From Chrysomallon squamiferum (taxonomy: Eukaryota; Animalia; Mollusca), in contig CM022678.1 in assembly GCA_012295275.1 (NCBI GenBank), positions 7,440,001 to 7,504,000 on the forward strand: a stretch of 64,000 nt of DNA, in the 5' to 3' direction. A program made the position numbers and the translations under genes. This document shows positions 52,201-64,000 of the stretch, in pieces. The notes under the pieces are model-generated. The model did no database searches. It saw nothing but the letters and a program-made list of their open reading frames with translations, and was not told where the DNA came from. Position 1 is the stretch's first letter; every line of letters begins with the position of its first letter.

Positions 52201-54275
52201 AGACAGACAAACAGAAAAAGGTTGATAGATGGAAAGATCTATATAAAAATAAAAGAATTAGATAGATACACAGATAGATAAAGATAGATAAATAGACAGA
52301 TTACTGTACTAGTTATTAGGAAGAAAGGTAACTTTTCATTTCTATTATTAAGCTGACAGAAACATAGACAGACAGATACACAGACAAAAACAAGACAGAC
52401 AGATACAGGTATACAGACAGAAATAATGCAGACAGATACAGGTATACACACAGTTAAGACACATACAGGTATACACACAGTTAAGACACATACAGGTATA
52501 CACACAGTTAAGACACATAAAGTGATTTTTGTGTGTTTTTATTTCAGAATGACTTGCATCTGACGAGACAAAGATTCCAGACAATATCAGTGACGTTGTC
52601 GCAGCAGATTCTTCTCCTCACTGCCAGCATGATGTGCATGGTGTTCACCACGTAGGTCACCTCGCAACATCATTTCTAGACACATTTACTTCATTTGTTG
52701 TCTTGTACTGAAAAATACTTGAGTCCTGCACACGTTTTTTTTCTAAATTGCTTTTCCACTTATACTGTTTATTTTTATATCATCATAGTTTTTAATCTTA
52801 TGTACTGTTCTGTTATATTAGATCTATGTATATACAGGTACTGGACCAATTATCCAGCATCCTGAAATCTGGAAAGAACAGAAAACCGTAGTTTCATAGT
52901 TTGCATGCGCAGGTGTTGTCCTCACCAGACTGGAACTACTCTTTTGAGCCATGTGGCATTCATTCACTCGCCGTACTGTTTGCGTGTCGAGTCGCCACAG
53001 TTGTGTATATTCAATTTTTTTTTAATGTTTTTTAATTTTAAAATGTTTATGCCTAATTGTTTACATATTTAGATGCCTTGGTACCAGAAAAACTGGAAAA
53101 TCGAGAAATCCAGAATGCCTCAGGTCCCAAGAAGTCTGGATAATTGGTCCTGTACCTGTGTTTATTCATATTACAGACATTTTAATTTTTTTCTATCATT
53201 CTATCGTTCTTTTTCTTTCTATGACTGTATTTCTCTTTCTATTTTTGTCTTTATTTTTTTCTTTATGAATCTCCCTTCCTATTCTTTCATTATTTTACAT
53301 GTGTGTGAAGAATTATTTACTTAAATTTCATTTATTCATTTATTTATTTATTTAAATTTTTTTTATTTATTTTTTTATTTATTCATATTTTATTTATTTA
53401 TATTTTATTTTTTTATTTACCTTATTTATAATGTATTTATTCATTTATATTTTATTTATTTAGATTTATTTATTTCATTATTTATTTATTTAGATTTATT
53501 TACATTTATTTATTTATTTAGATTTATTTCATTATTTATTTATTTAGATTTATTTAGATTTATTTATTTATTTAGATTTATTTATTTATTTATTTATTCA
53601 TTTATTCATTTATTCATCTACTCTTTTAGATTTACTTATTTATTTATCAATTTATTTATTTAGATTTATTTACATTTAGTTATTTATTTAGATTTATTTA
53701 TTTATTTATTTATTCATTTATTCATTTTATATCCTCTACATTACTTTACTTTATTTAACGTGTGTTTTTTACATATTTTAAACTTTATAACAGAATCTGT
53801 GGTATTCAGAGAGACAATTCAGATCTTTTTTTTAACTTTACTTTATTTAACGAGTTTTTTATTACATATTTTATTCTCTGTAACAGAATCTGTGGTATTC
53901 AGAGAGACAATTCAGATCTATTTTTTACTTTACTTTATTTTATTTAACATGTGTTTTATTACATATTTTAAACTCTGTAACAGAATCTGTGGAATTCAGA
54001 ACATTCAGATCTTTTTTTTACTTTACTTTATTTAACCTGTGTTTTATTACAAATTTTAAACTTTATAACAGAATCTGTGGAATTCAGCACATTCAACGAG
54101 GCAGCTCTGAGTCTCCACTGTCGATGTTCGAGTCCATGTACTTCGTCATTGTGACGTTCTCCACAGTCGGCTACGGTGACATCACTCCTGACATCTGGCT
54201 GGGACAACTCTTCATGATTCTCATGATCTGCGTGGCCTTTGCTTTCATCCCTCGACAGGTAAACTAATTTTTAGA

Positions 54276-54312
<37 letters not shown>

Positions 54313-54735
54313 CATTCGTGATGTAAATGTAACTTGTTTTTCTTGTTTGTTATTTGTTTGTTTTTTTAGGTATTTTTTTTTTTTTTTTTTTTTTAATGGT
54401 TTTTGGGGTGTTTTTTTGTTGAGGGGAGACTGATGGTTTTGTTTGTCTTGTTGGATTTTCTTTTTTAATTTTTTATATTTTTTGTTTGTATGTGAAGGGC
54501 TTGGTGGCTATTTGTTTTTGTTTTTTTGTTTTTGGGGTTTTTTTTTTTTTTTGTTTTTAATATCTTTTACTGGTGGTTAGAAACTAAATAAAATAAAAAG
54601 ATAAATGATTTTTGAGGACGGTTTTGGTGGGGTTTTTGTATTTTTGTCAAGTTACCTCTACAAAATATGTATCATTCCTTATTTGGGGTTTTCTGCTTAC
54701 ATACCAGAAAAAAATAAAAGGGATAGTTTATTTTC

Positions 54736-54767
<32 letters not shown>

Positions 54768-57700
54768 ATAAATGCAAAAGGGTCATTCCCCCCCCCCAAA
54801 AAAATTTAAACCCGACTGTTTCAGATTTTTATGAAACTTGGTATACTTGTTGACTGGGATCCTACAGCACCAAATGAGGGTTCAAAAGTTGGTGTCATGC
54901 CCATTTTCCAAAAATCTCAAAATTAGGTGGGCCATATCTCCCACACCACTGATCTGATTGGGCTAATATTTCAGATTTGGTGCTGTGGGATCCCAGTCAA
55001 CAAGTATACCAAGTTTTATAAAAATCTGAGACAGTCAGGTTTAACCCATTGGGTGATTTGACACGGAATGACCCAAAAAAATTTCTGCTGAATATCTTCT
55101 TTTTTATGTTTTTTCTTCTTTTTATAATTGTGCTAAAAATATATCTTGTATTATGTAATGCTGGTTTTGCAATATAACAAAAATGTGTATTTTTTAATTT
55201 GTGCAAAAAAAAAAAGATACCTTGTATTATGTTGAGGTTCATAAAAAAAGGAACAGTAACTGAAAATAACAACGCACTGAAAGACATTTTAATGTTATAA
55301 GACTTAATTGAGATTTTAAACAACCATTTGTTTATTTCCTGTTCTGACTGCTGCTCCATTATACACTTTTCTATTATCATAAAAAAAAATCAGTTTGAAA
55401 ATTGACAAACTTATTTTCAGATATACTATATTGAAGGTATGCCTAAATATTTTTTCTTTTTTTTCTTTTCTGTCTTTAACTTAGTTTATACTTAGATCAA
55501 AAATGAATCAATTTTCTTCTTTTCTTTTATAATTTTGTATAGCAGAATTCATTAATTCATTAACAAATTTTCATTAGTTCTTTGAACCAGTTAAGTTCCC
55601 CACATAAATTAATAAATCGGTTTTATACCAGTGTTATATTATTAACATGTTATCTTTTACTGCTGTGAGCAGAGTAACTACCTTTTATATCTTTCTAAGT
55701 GACTGTTTCTGATAATGGCAGCCAATCTTTGTTAAGAACAAAGTATTTCTTTGATGGATGGAAATAAGTGACCCATCACACTGAATCAGGTCATAAGTCA
55801 AACAGCCAAGTACTGAATTTTAGCTTTCTATAGCAGAGTGACATGAAAATATTTGATTTTAATTTTAAGTTAAAAATGAGTGTATTTGTGTGTCTGTGTG
55901 TGTATGTGTGTGTACATTTACATGTATTGTGTATACAGTAAGTGTAAAAACATTAATAATTCCAAACAGCCAAAATGGGACTTAAAATCTCTTTTGATGT
56001 GATGGGTCACACACAGACAACTGTAAAATAAGTAAAATTATCCTTTTGTATCAGAAACGGAATAAACATAGAATAATATTTTAAACGAATTTAATAAAAT
56101 GTTGCAGGTTATTTAATAAAGAGCATTAATTAATTAAATTAATTAGAAATTTAATCAACAGAAACTGTTTTTCCTCAGTTAAACATTCTGTGTTGCTAAG
56201 AATAATTTTACTAATATATTTATAATTTAGTTTTTAAGGTGTGGCATAAACAATTAATAAATATTGCTTTTTTCTTTATAATTTTTTTTTTTTAAATTTC
56301 ATTTTATTCATTTTTTATTATTATTAAAGAAACTGTAACCTAAAAATTATAATTTTACAAATCAACATGGAAGTTATTTAATGGAGATATCACTACTAAT
56401 ATTACTACTACTACTACTATTATTATTATTATTATTATTATTACTATTATTACTATTACTATTATTATTATTATATTATTGTTATTGTTATTACTATTAC
56501 TATTACTATTATTGTTTTTGTTGTTACTGTTATTATTGTTATTGTTATTACAGATAGAAGTGATTGCTTCAACTTGGATGGAGCGCGAGAAAGCGGGAGG
56601 AGAGTTCACGTACAGAATGGCAAAAAGAAACAAGCATGTTGTCGTCTGCTCCAGCATTCTCACTGCCGAGGCTGTCATGGACTTTCTGAATGAATTCTAC
56701 GCACATCCCAAACTTGCGGTAACTACGTCCTGAATTATTATTTTATATATCGTTCTATCTTGTAATACTAGAGTTGAATTCTTTGTTATTCCAAAACTTG
56801 TACTAACTATATTCTGAAGCATTATATTCTTTTATCTTGTATTACAAGTCTTGGAGTTTCTAATTAATTCTACACAAATATAAAACTTGCGGTAACTACG
56901 TCCTGAATTATTATTTTATATATTGTTTTGTCTTGTAATGCTAGACTTGAATGCTTTGTTATTCCAAAACTTGCGGTTAACTATGTCCTGAATTATTATT
57001 TTATATATTGGTTTATCTTGTAATGCTAGACTTGAATTCTATACACATCCCAAACTTGCGATAACTACGTCCTGAATTATTATTTTATATATTGTTTTAT
57101 CATGTAATGCTAGACTTGAATTCTATGTACATCCAAAACTTATGCTAACTATATTCTGAAGCATTATATTCTTTTATCTTGTATTACAAGTCTTGGAGTT
57201 TCTAATTAATTCTACACAAATATAAAACTTGCAGTAATAACAGTCTAAAGTTACTATTATTATTATCCTCTATAATATTTTCCTTATACATTATAATAGT
57301 AGGCAGATATTCTAAATGAATTCTATGCACATCCAATACTTTCAGTAATTACATCCTAAAGAGATTATATTTGTAACCTTACAGACTTTTATTTATAATG
57401 CTAGATACTGACTTTTGACATTTCTTTTTTCTTAGTAAGGTTTGTATGTTGATTTGAATCAAACACTACAGTTGATGAATATAGCAAACTGGGCTTATAA
57501 ATTAATATACAGTGTATGTTTTTCTAGTTATGACTGTATCACAGTTATCTTGTCCATACAATTACTGATATATTATTGCCTGTATAGATGCAGAACATTA
57601 CTGTTAACAACCTAACCTACTAACAGGATTTCTGTCAGATCTTCAGAATGGCTGAATATATATATATATGATGCTCTGTTGCTAATGGAAAGATTTTGGC

Positions 57701-58501
57701 AGATGATTTCAGATGATTTTGATGATTTTGGTATAGTTAATAAAGGATTAATATGAATTAGCTGATAATATATAATTAATTATATTGTTAGAGAGATTTT
57801 AATATATATATATATTTTTTTATTATTTATATTTTTTCTTTTCTTGTTTTCTATTTTCAGGTTTTAATTTTTTATTCTTTTATTCTTTTATTTTTTTAAA
57901 GATAAATAGGGTTACATAATTAAAAATAGGTTTTTATATTTTTAATTTATTTTTCTTTCTCATCTTTTAAAAAAATGTTATTGTATTTTATTATTGTTGT
58001 TTTTTGTTCATTTTTGATTTTTTTTAAGATAAAGAGGATTGGGTATCTCTAGTCTATATTGTTCTATTTACAAGTAGATATTATTTTACATTAGACTTGT
58101 TTAAATAATGGAATATTTAACAGTAAATGATGTAGAAAATATATAAGATAGAATTAAATAGTTAAGTATTTAAATAATAATAATAATAATAATAAAGAAA
58201 ATAACAAAATAAAAATGAAAATTTGTATTTCAATCTGAACTGAAACATTTTCTAACATCATCAATCTACATACTGTTGCTATGGTGTTACTATCATCTAT
58301 GTGATATCTATCAATGGTTGTGTGTTTCTCAGGTATTTCTTTGTTTTCTCTTAGACAAAGACAGGCCATGAAATTCAGGTGAATAACCAAATGATTTCTC
58401 AACTAACCTGCTTTGCAATCACTGTTTGGCTTCAGCAGAATTAGCTTTCAAAAATACCCACTGTCATTACTGGTTTTTTTATCATTATTATTATTATTAT
58501 A

Positions 58502-58552
<51 letters not shown>

Positions 58553-61500
58553 TCAGTATATGAAGGAATGGTAAAATTAAGTCATTTGTGCAAAACATGT
58601 AAATAATTTTACTCACTACAAAAACCTACATATTTAAATCTAAGAAGAAATGTAAAAAATTTGCGATTTGTGCAAAACATGCAAAATATTTTAGTCAGTG
58701 CAAAAACCTAAATGTATCAGTATAAGAAGAAATGTAAAAAATTAGCAAATGTGCAAAAATGCAAAATATTTAAGTCAGTGCAAAAACCTAAATATATCAG
58801 TCTAAGAAGAAATGAAAAAAATTAGTGATTAGTGACAAAATATTTTAGTCAATGCAAAAACATACATATTTCATTCTAAGAAGAAATTTTAGTGATTGGG
58901 CAAAAGATGGAAAATATTTTTGTCAGTGCAAAGCCTACATCTTGATTCAAGTCAAACACAAAATCTGTTTCTTGTTCCAGTTTTAACTGTGACCATTGCT
59001 ATGTCTCATTGTTTATGCCAAACCTGTCTCTTACTTTTATTTAAATGTCAGAAACTGTTTAAGCAAACCTAGTTGTTACATTCGTTCAGATGTTTGAAAC
59101 TTGTGCAAACATGTAATCTAGTAATCTGTGAAAAATCTATCTTATTTGTGCTGAACAGGCATTTTATTCCACTGTAAAATATTGAAAAAATAGAGATAAG
59201 TGATTGTGCAAAATATATAATATTATAAGAGTGTGCAAAGCTATCTCTAGCTTCAGTAGTTGTGCAAAATATTTAATGTTACAAGAGTGTGCAAAACTAT
59301 CTCTTGCTTCAGTGATTGTGCAAAATATTTAAAGTATTTCAGTCGGTGCAGAATTGATACATCTTTCAGCTCAGATTAAAAAACAATGTTGTAGTTTAGT
59401 GTGCAAAATATGTAAAATATTTCCTTCAATGCAAAACCTACATCTTGTTTCAGTTCCAGTATAAAAGTTGTAATAGTTCAGTGTGTAAAAATATGTAAAA
59501 TATTTCAGTCAGTGCAAAACCTACATCTTGTTTCAGTTCAAATATAAACATTGTAATAGTGACCTGTTTATGTAAAACAATGTAATAGATTTCAGTTTGT
59601 GCAAATTATAAATATTTCTGACTTAAAAATTATATTTATATAAAACAGTGTAATACATTTCAGTTTGTGCAAGACATATATCATATTTTGATTTTGAAAC
59701 CTGTCAAAGTTCTATATTTATATAAAACCCTGAAATAGTTTTCAGTTTGTTGACTTTATCACATCGTATTTCACTGCACAACTGTTACTTTGTTAGTTGT
59801 TTATTTTATAATCTTAAAATGAAAAAAATGCACAAATCTTAATGTAAATTATTATATCAATAAATGTTTCATAGAAAGAGTGTGTAGGCTGAGAAAAAAA
59901 ATTGATAAAGTATTTTGGTGAATGACATTAGTCATAATTATATCACTGTGAAACATAAATTATATGTGAATAAAGCCTAAGAAAACAAAAACAAATGATT
60001 AAAGATTGAATAAAGTAGTACAAGATCTGTTATGAATGGGTTGGAGACCAAATGATGAAAATAAACTTTCAAAGGGATTTCAAGCAAGACATCTGTATCA
60101 TGTCCATATTGTATCTTAGAAATATTAAAAATCTATTAGAAATGTCATCAGCTTGTAGAAATCTATCTTACGTTTTCAGTGCTTGAAAAAAAAAAAAATC
60201 TCTTTTATTGCAACTAGTGCAAACTGTACATCACATTTCAGTCCATTTACATAACATGCTTAATGTTTCACGATGCACAACAGTAATTGTTTTTCTAATG
60301 AAAATCTGAGCCATTTATAGGCCTTCAGTATGTGCATTATTTTTCTGTGTGCACATTTTTACGCTTGTTGAAGTTCACCTGCAAAACATACATCAGTTTG
60401 CAAACAAAATTCAGCTATTCAGTTTGTGTGCAGATTTCTACAACATGTAAAAATTTGGAATATTTCACTCAGTATGCACAGAGTATAAGATATTTTTTTA
60501 ACCAGTTACTTGATATTATTATATTTCTAGCTGTTAATCATTAGTACATCAAGAATTAGGATTTCACAGTTTACTACTGTTATATTTAACAGAATATTCA
60601 GTAAGACAGCTGAATCAAAAATTATTTTTAAAGAGACAAGTGTATCTTTTGTGAAATGAATATGCAATACATGCACACCGCTCTTTTACTGTACACGTTA
60701 TGTTATTGTTCAAGGAGACCAGATAGACTGATAAATAATATAATAGTAGATAGGCTTAAAACAGAAAAGAAAATTTGTATGACCGAAGATTAAGAAATCT
60801 TTGTTATTTATTTTCTGAAAATTTAATTGTATAGTTGTTCATTATTTTAGTAGTTTGTTGTAATAGCACTGTATCTTAAATTTCTTTTAAATATAAATTC
60901 TTATTTTGTCTTATTTCATATATTTATATAAATGAATAAATAATTATGCGTTAGGTTTTAAATATTTAAAAAAATGTAAAGTTAATCAGTCTCGTATATC
61001 TGTAACATCGTACACTTTTTAAATTTCTTATCTCTCAGAATGTACCTAAGCTATGAATGTTTATTTAAAACCAATAACAGCTTTAAATTACTAGCATGTT
61101 CTTAATAAACATTTCACTAAAAAAATTAAAATAATGAAAAAAAAGGTTGCTGATAATGTTGTAAGGTATGCATGGTAATTTAAAACAAATGTCTGCCTTG
61201 TTCTTGGTGGGTTTTTTTTTTTTTTAGCTAGATGTTTGGAAGGGACATTGGTTTTTTGGTGTATAAATTTATACTAATTCACTCACATTACATTGAAGAT
61301 ACTGGTTTTGAACAAAGGTATAAACCGCTTAGATCAGTTTGTTACCCAGAAAGATTCCAAGTTCTGGGAGGATGGAACCATGAAGATTGGGAAAGACAGT
61401 GGAACATATGTGTTTAATAAATCTGTGTATAAATACCTAAATACTGTCTTTAAGCTTCTCTTTAGAAATGGTATGCACTTCTGTTCCTATCCAGTATAAT

Positions 61501-61718
61501 TTAGATTTGGATTATTTTTATGTGGTGGTTACAAAACATGGTGTGGAAGATTTTCTACAGAATAATAACAAAACTAGTACATCTGTCAGCTTTTTCCAGT
61601 TCCAAACAGTGCCTCATAATTAACTTATTCAAGTTTTGGGTATATAAACATGTTATGAGATTCGGTTTATGGTTTTTTTTATATCTCTCTTTCTGTCTCT
61701 TGCCCTCTCTATCTTGTT

Positions 61719-61806
<88 letters not shown>

Positions 61807-62514
61807 TTTTCAAACATACATAGATTATTGAGATCATTATTTACTAAAATACAATTTGAATTCCTTTGCTTAATAATATATTGATTTGTTCTTCTAGGAG
61901 CATGTTGTAATATTTGTCAGTCCTCGAGAACTAGGAAACAACATGCAGGTCATTCTTAAGGACCCAAAATGGACCCACAGGGTGGTGTACATGCGTGGGT
62001 CAACCCTGAAAGACCTTGACCTTAAACGATGTCGAATTCACGAAGCAGAAGCTTGTTTCTTTTTGTGTCCTAGAAGTTCAGTTGACAAAACAAAAGCTGT
62101 AAGATTTCTGTTGTGTTGTTGTTGTTGGTGGTGATGGTGGTGGTGGTGGTGCTATTTGTACGTTAATGTAAATAAAATTAGCAATTACAAATATGGAAAT
62201 TATTTTTTACTTAACAGTGTATGTTAGGTTATTAAGTTGTTTAAAATGTGCTAGATAATATGTTGTTAGATTCCAAAAATATTGGTTAGTTTGTGTTTGT
62301 ATTTGTGAATGTATATATTATATACATATATATATGTGTGTGCATGTGTATGTGTGTGTGTGTTTGTTCATTTGTGTGAAAGAATCTATATGTGTGTGAA
62401 CATGTATATGTGTATGTGTGTGTGTGAGAGAGATTCTTATAGCAAGTTAACAGATATATATTAGGAATGTGTTTATGATGATGTGTGTGTATGTATATAT
62501 ATGTGTGTGTGTAT

Positions 62515-62550
<36 letters not shown>

Positions 62551-63516
62551 AATCTTTCAGGGTTGTATTTTGTTTGTTTTTTTAAAGTTCCATTATTCAT
62601 TTTTACCTACTATTTTATACATCCTTTTCAGCATAAAACTTACACACATAAATGGCAAACATAATGTTATATTTTAAAACACCTTATGTAATATAAGTTT
62701 TCAAGCACACATACATATTACTACTTCATCAAAGAGAATAAAAACATTTTAATTTATTTTTGGCAGTAACCAAAAAAACATAATTTTTTTCAAATTTTCA
62801 ATTTTCTTTCTTTTTTTGTAGGACCATCACACAATTCTCAGATCCTGGGCAGTAAAAGATTTTGCACCAAACTGTAGACAGTACGTCCAGCTTTTCAAAG
62901 CCAAAAACAAAATGCATGTCAAGTTTGCAGGTGAGGCTGAGAAAAATCTGTTTACTTTTATTATAAAAGCTAAGTGTTATATGAATCATATTAAATTATC
63001 AGTTGTAAGTAACACTGTGCACAAAGCATGGTAAAAGTTATAAAATTTAGAATAAAAGAATAATAAAGAGATATTGGTATATTTGATGTAGATGTATGAT
63101 TTTATTTATTTATTTATTTATAACTCTTAAACTGATTTATAGTCATTTGTTGTATGTATTATTATTACTGCTATTGTTACTACTACTAATATTATTATTG
63201 TTGTTATTATTATCATTGTTACTACTACTTCTATTACTACTACTACTACTTCTACTACAACTATTATTACTATTATTATTATTACTGTCATCATTATTAT
63301 TACTACTACTACTACTAGAACAACTACTATTATTATCACTAGTAGTAGTAGTACCACAATTACTACTAATACTACTACTATTATTATTATTATTATCATC
63401 ATTGCAGAGCATGTTGTTTGTGAAGATGAGTTCAAGTATGCTCTTCTGGCCAACAATTGTTTGTACCCTGGACTGTCCACCCTGGTTACACTTCTTGTAC
63501 ACACATCATGTGGCAT
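37587..63516 (+). CDS. KCNT: Potassium channel subfamily T (KCNT1/KCNT2, Slack/Slick, Slo2) homologue, 5' part; continues beyond the window
   Basis: Exons: 37587-37675 (putative first), exon 2 not cleanly resolved near 44010-44100, 46443-46539 ([27 protein letters not shown]), 48436-48519, 49964-50072, 51246-51320, 51786-51872 ([14 protein letters not shown]), 52548-52651, 54072-54258 ([25 protein letters not shown] pore), 56554-56718 ([18 protein letters not shown]), 61898-62098, 62822-62930 ([17 protein letters not shown]) and 63408-63516 ([18 protein letters not shown]). Exons 3-13 join in frame with GT-AG boundaries. Confidence 0.95.
39204..39800. repeat. (CT)n-derived polypyrimidine satellite with ctcttgttct subrepeats
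   Basis: About 600 bp of nearly pure pyrimidine on the + strand in KCNT intron 1. Confidence 0.9.
44015..46080 (+). repeat. Tandem array (about 30 units, about 50-75 bp) derived from the KCNT exon-2 3' end and splice donor, with variable (TTTC)n
   Basis: Unit ttcttcattcgaaactcatcaacac|gtatgtatacctagaaaca(tttc)n. It translates as FFIRNSST and joins exon 3 in phase. Confidence 0.9.
49470..49895. repeat. Degenerate tandem repeat of about 80-100 bp upstream of KCNT exon 5
   Basis: atttacatagaag(c/a)taga..ttct.actt.att recurs near 49505, 49599, 49685 and 49810. Confidence 0.6.
52430..52518. repeat. 27-bp tandem repeat x3 just upstream of the KCNT exon-8 acceptor
   Basis: atacaggtatacacacagttaagacac is repeated three times. 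Confidence 0.8.
52835..53158. mobile_element. Non-autonomous DNA transposon (MITE), Tc1/mariner-pogo-like termini
   Basis: TIRs caggtactggaccaattatccag (from 52835) and ctggataattggtcctgtacctg (to 53158) match at 22/23. TA lies on the left and TG on the right, consistent with a decayed TA TSD. No coding capacity. Confidence 0.75.
53740..54090 (+). repeat. Four tandem copies (88-97 bp) of the 3' splice site plus the start of the KCNT pore exon
   Basis: taacag|aatctgtgg(t/a)attcag recurs with AG ending at 53793, 53886, 53983 and 54071; only the last leads into the full exon. Confidence 0.9.
54072..54258 (+). CDS. KCNT: KCNT pore-loop/S6 exon containing the K+ selectivity filter TVGYGD
   Basis: [62 protein letters not shown], bounded by cag| and |gtaaac. 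Confidence 0.96.
54780..55074. mobile_element. Fold-back MITE with terminal gggtcattcc/ggaatgaccc and long internal inverted arms
   Basis: 10-bp perfect terminal IRs at 54780-54789 and 55065-55074. About 68-bp near-perfect arms lie at 54808-54875 and 54975-55042. A-runs flank both sides (possible AAAA TSD). Superfamily not assigned. Confidence 0.8.
55768..56010. mobile_element. Possible small MITE with 13-bp terminal inverted repeats
   Basis: gtgacccatcaca (55768-55780) and tgtgatgggtcac (55998-56010) are a perfect inverted pair; no clear TSD. Confidence 0.45.
56690..57360 (+). repeat. Degenerate tandem copies (about 7) of the KCNT exon-10 3' end and donor
   Basis: gaattcta.gcacatcccaaacttgcg|gtaactacgtcctgaattatt and variants recur near 56700, 56790, 56885, 56965, 57040, 57120, 57215 and 57320. 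Confidence 0.85.
58585..59680. repeat. Degenerate intronic tandem repeat (about 60-85 bp; gtgcaaaa..aatatttt.agtcagtgcaaaa.ctaca motif)
   Basis: Recurring tgtgcaaaa / tctaagaagaaatg / aacctacatcttg elements inside KCNT intron 10. Confidence 0.7.
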
Positions 63517-64000
63517 GTGAGTTTTACTTTAACAAATCAGCCACGTTTAGCCATTCAAAGTAGAGAAATAATAGTTTAATAGAGAATACACTATTTTGAT
63601 AGATAATAAAGGATTTTAATAGATAATGAACTATTTTAAAGATTTAACTTTCATACAATTTACAAGATCTTTAAATAGATTCCATGCTTGTTATCATAAC
63701 AATTAATCACATTATGTCTTGTTCAGAGCAGAGAAATAGCATTTTAACAGAGATAATAAATCAGTTTTAATTACATAACAAAGACTGACTTTCTAGCAGT
63801 ATACAAGTATTTTAAAGACGTCGTGTTTATTACCTTATCAGTTAATCACATACAGCTTATTCAGTTCCAGAGAAATAAAACTTTAAATGATAATAATCTA
63901 TTTTAATTTTAAAAATAATAATAATAATAATATATATATTTTTTAAATTTTCATGCATTTAATATATAATTTTAAATAGAGAGCATGACTTTAAAATGAA

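Noticed and set aside
61232-61499. Short non-repetitive ORFs in KCNT intron 10
   Set aside because: Exons 10 and 11 already join in frame (HPKLA-EHVVIF); no convincing splice sites or recognisable homology.

Overview
AT-rich, microsatellite-saturated animal genomic DNA (spliceosomal introns; invertebrate, possibly molluscan, but this is inference). Nearly all ORF-track entries are translations of simple repeats. Genes read by hand from GT-AG boundaries: (1) the first coding exon of a non-muscle/smooth-type myosin regulatory light chain on the minus strand (619-720), absent from the ORF track; (2) a tandem pair of 4-exon, signal-peptide-bearing, probably GPI-anchored berberine-bridge-enzyme-like (BBE) FAD oxidases (9285-13435, with one frameshift, and 16283-21850), which share a 139-bp identical tract; (3) a 149-codon orphan ORF (26349-26798) that may be an alternative first exon of the next gene; (4) the 5' part of a KCNT/Slo2 (Slack-type) potassium channel (37587 to beyond the window end). 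The most unusual signal is that tandem repeats are built from the channel gene's own exon-intron junctions: about 30 copies of the exon-2 end plus donor, 4 copies of the pore-exon acceptor and about 7 copies of the exon-10 donor. Two or three MITE-like elements and several minisatellites lie in the introns.
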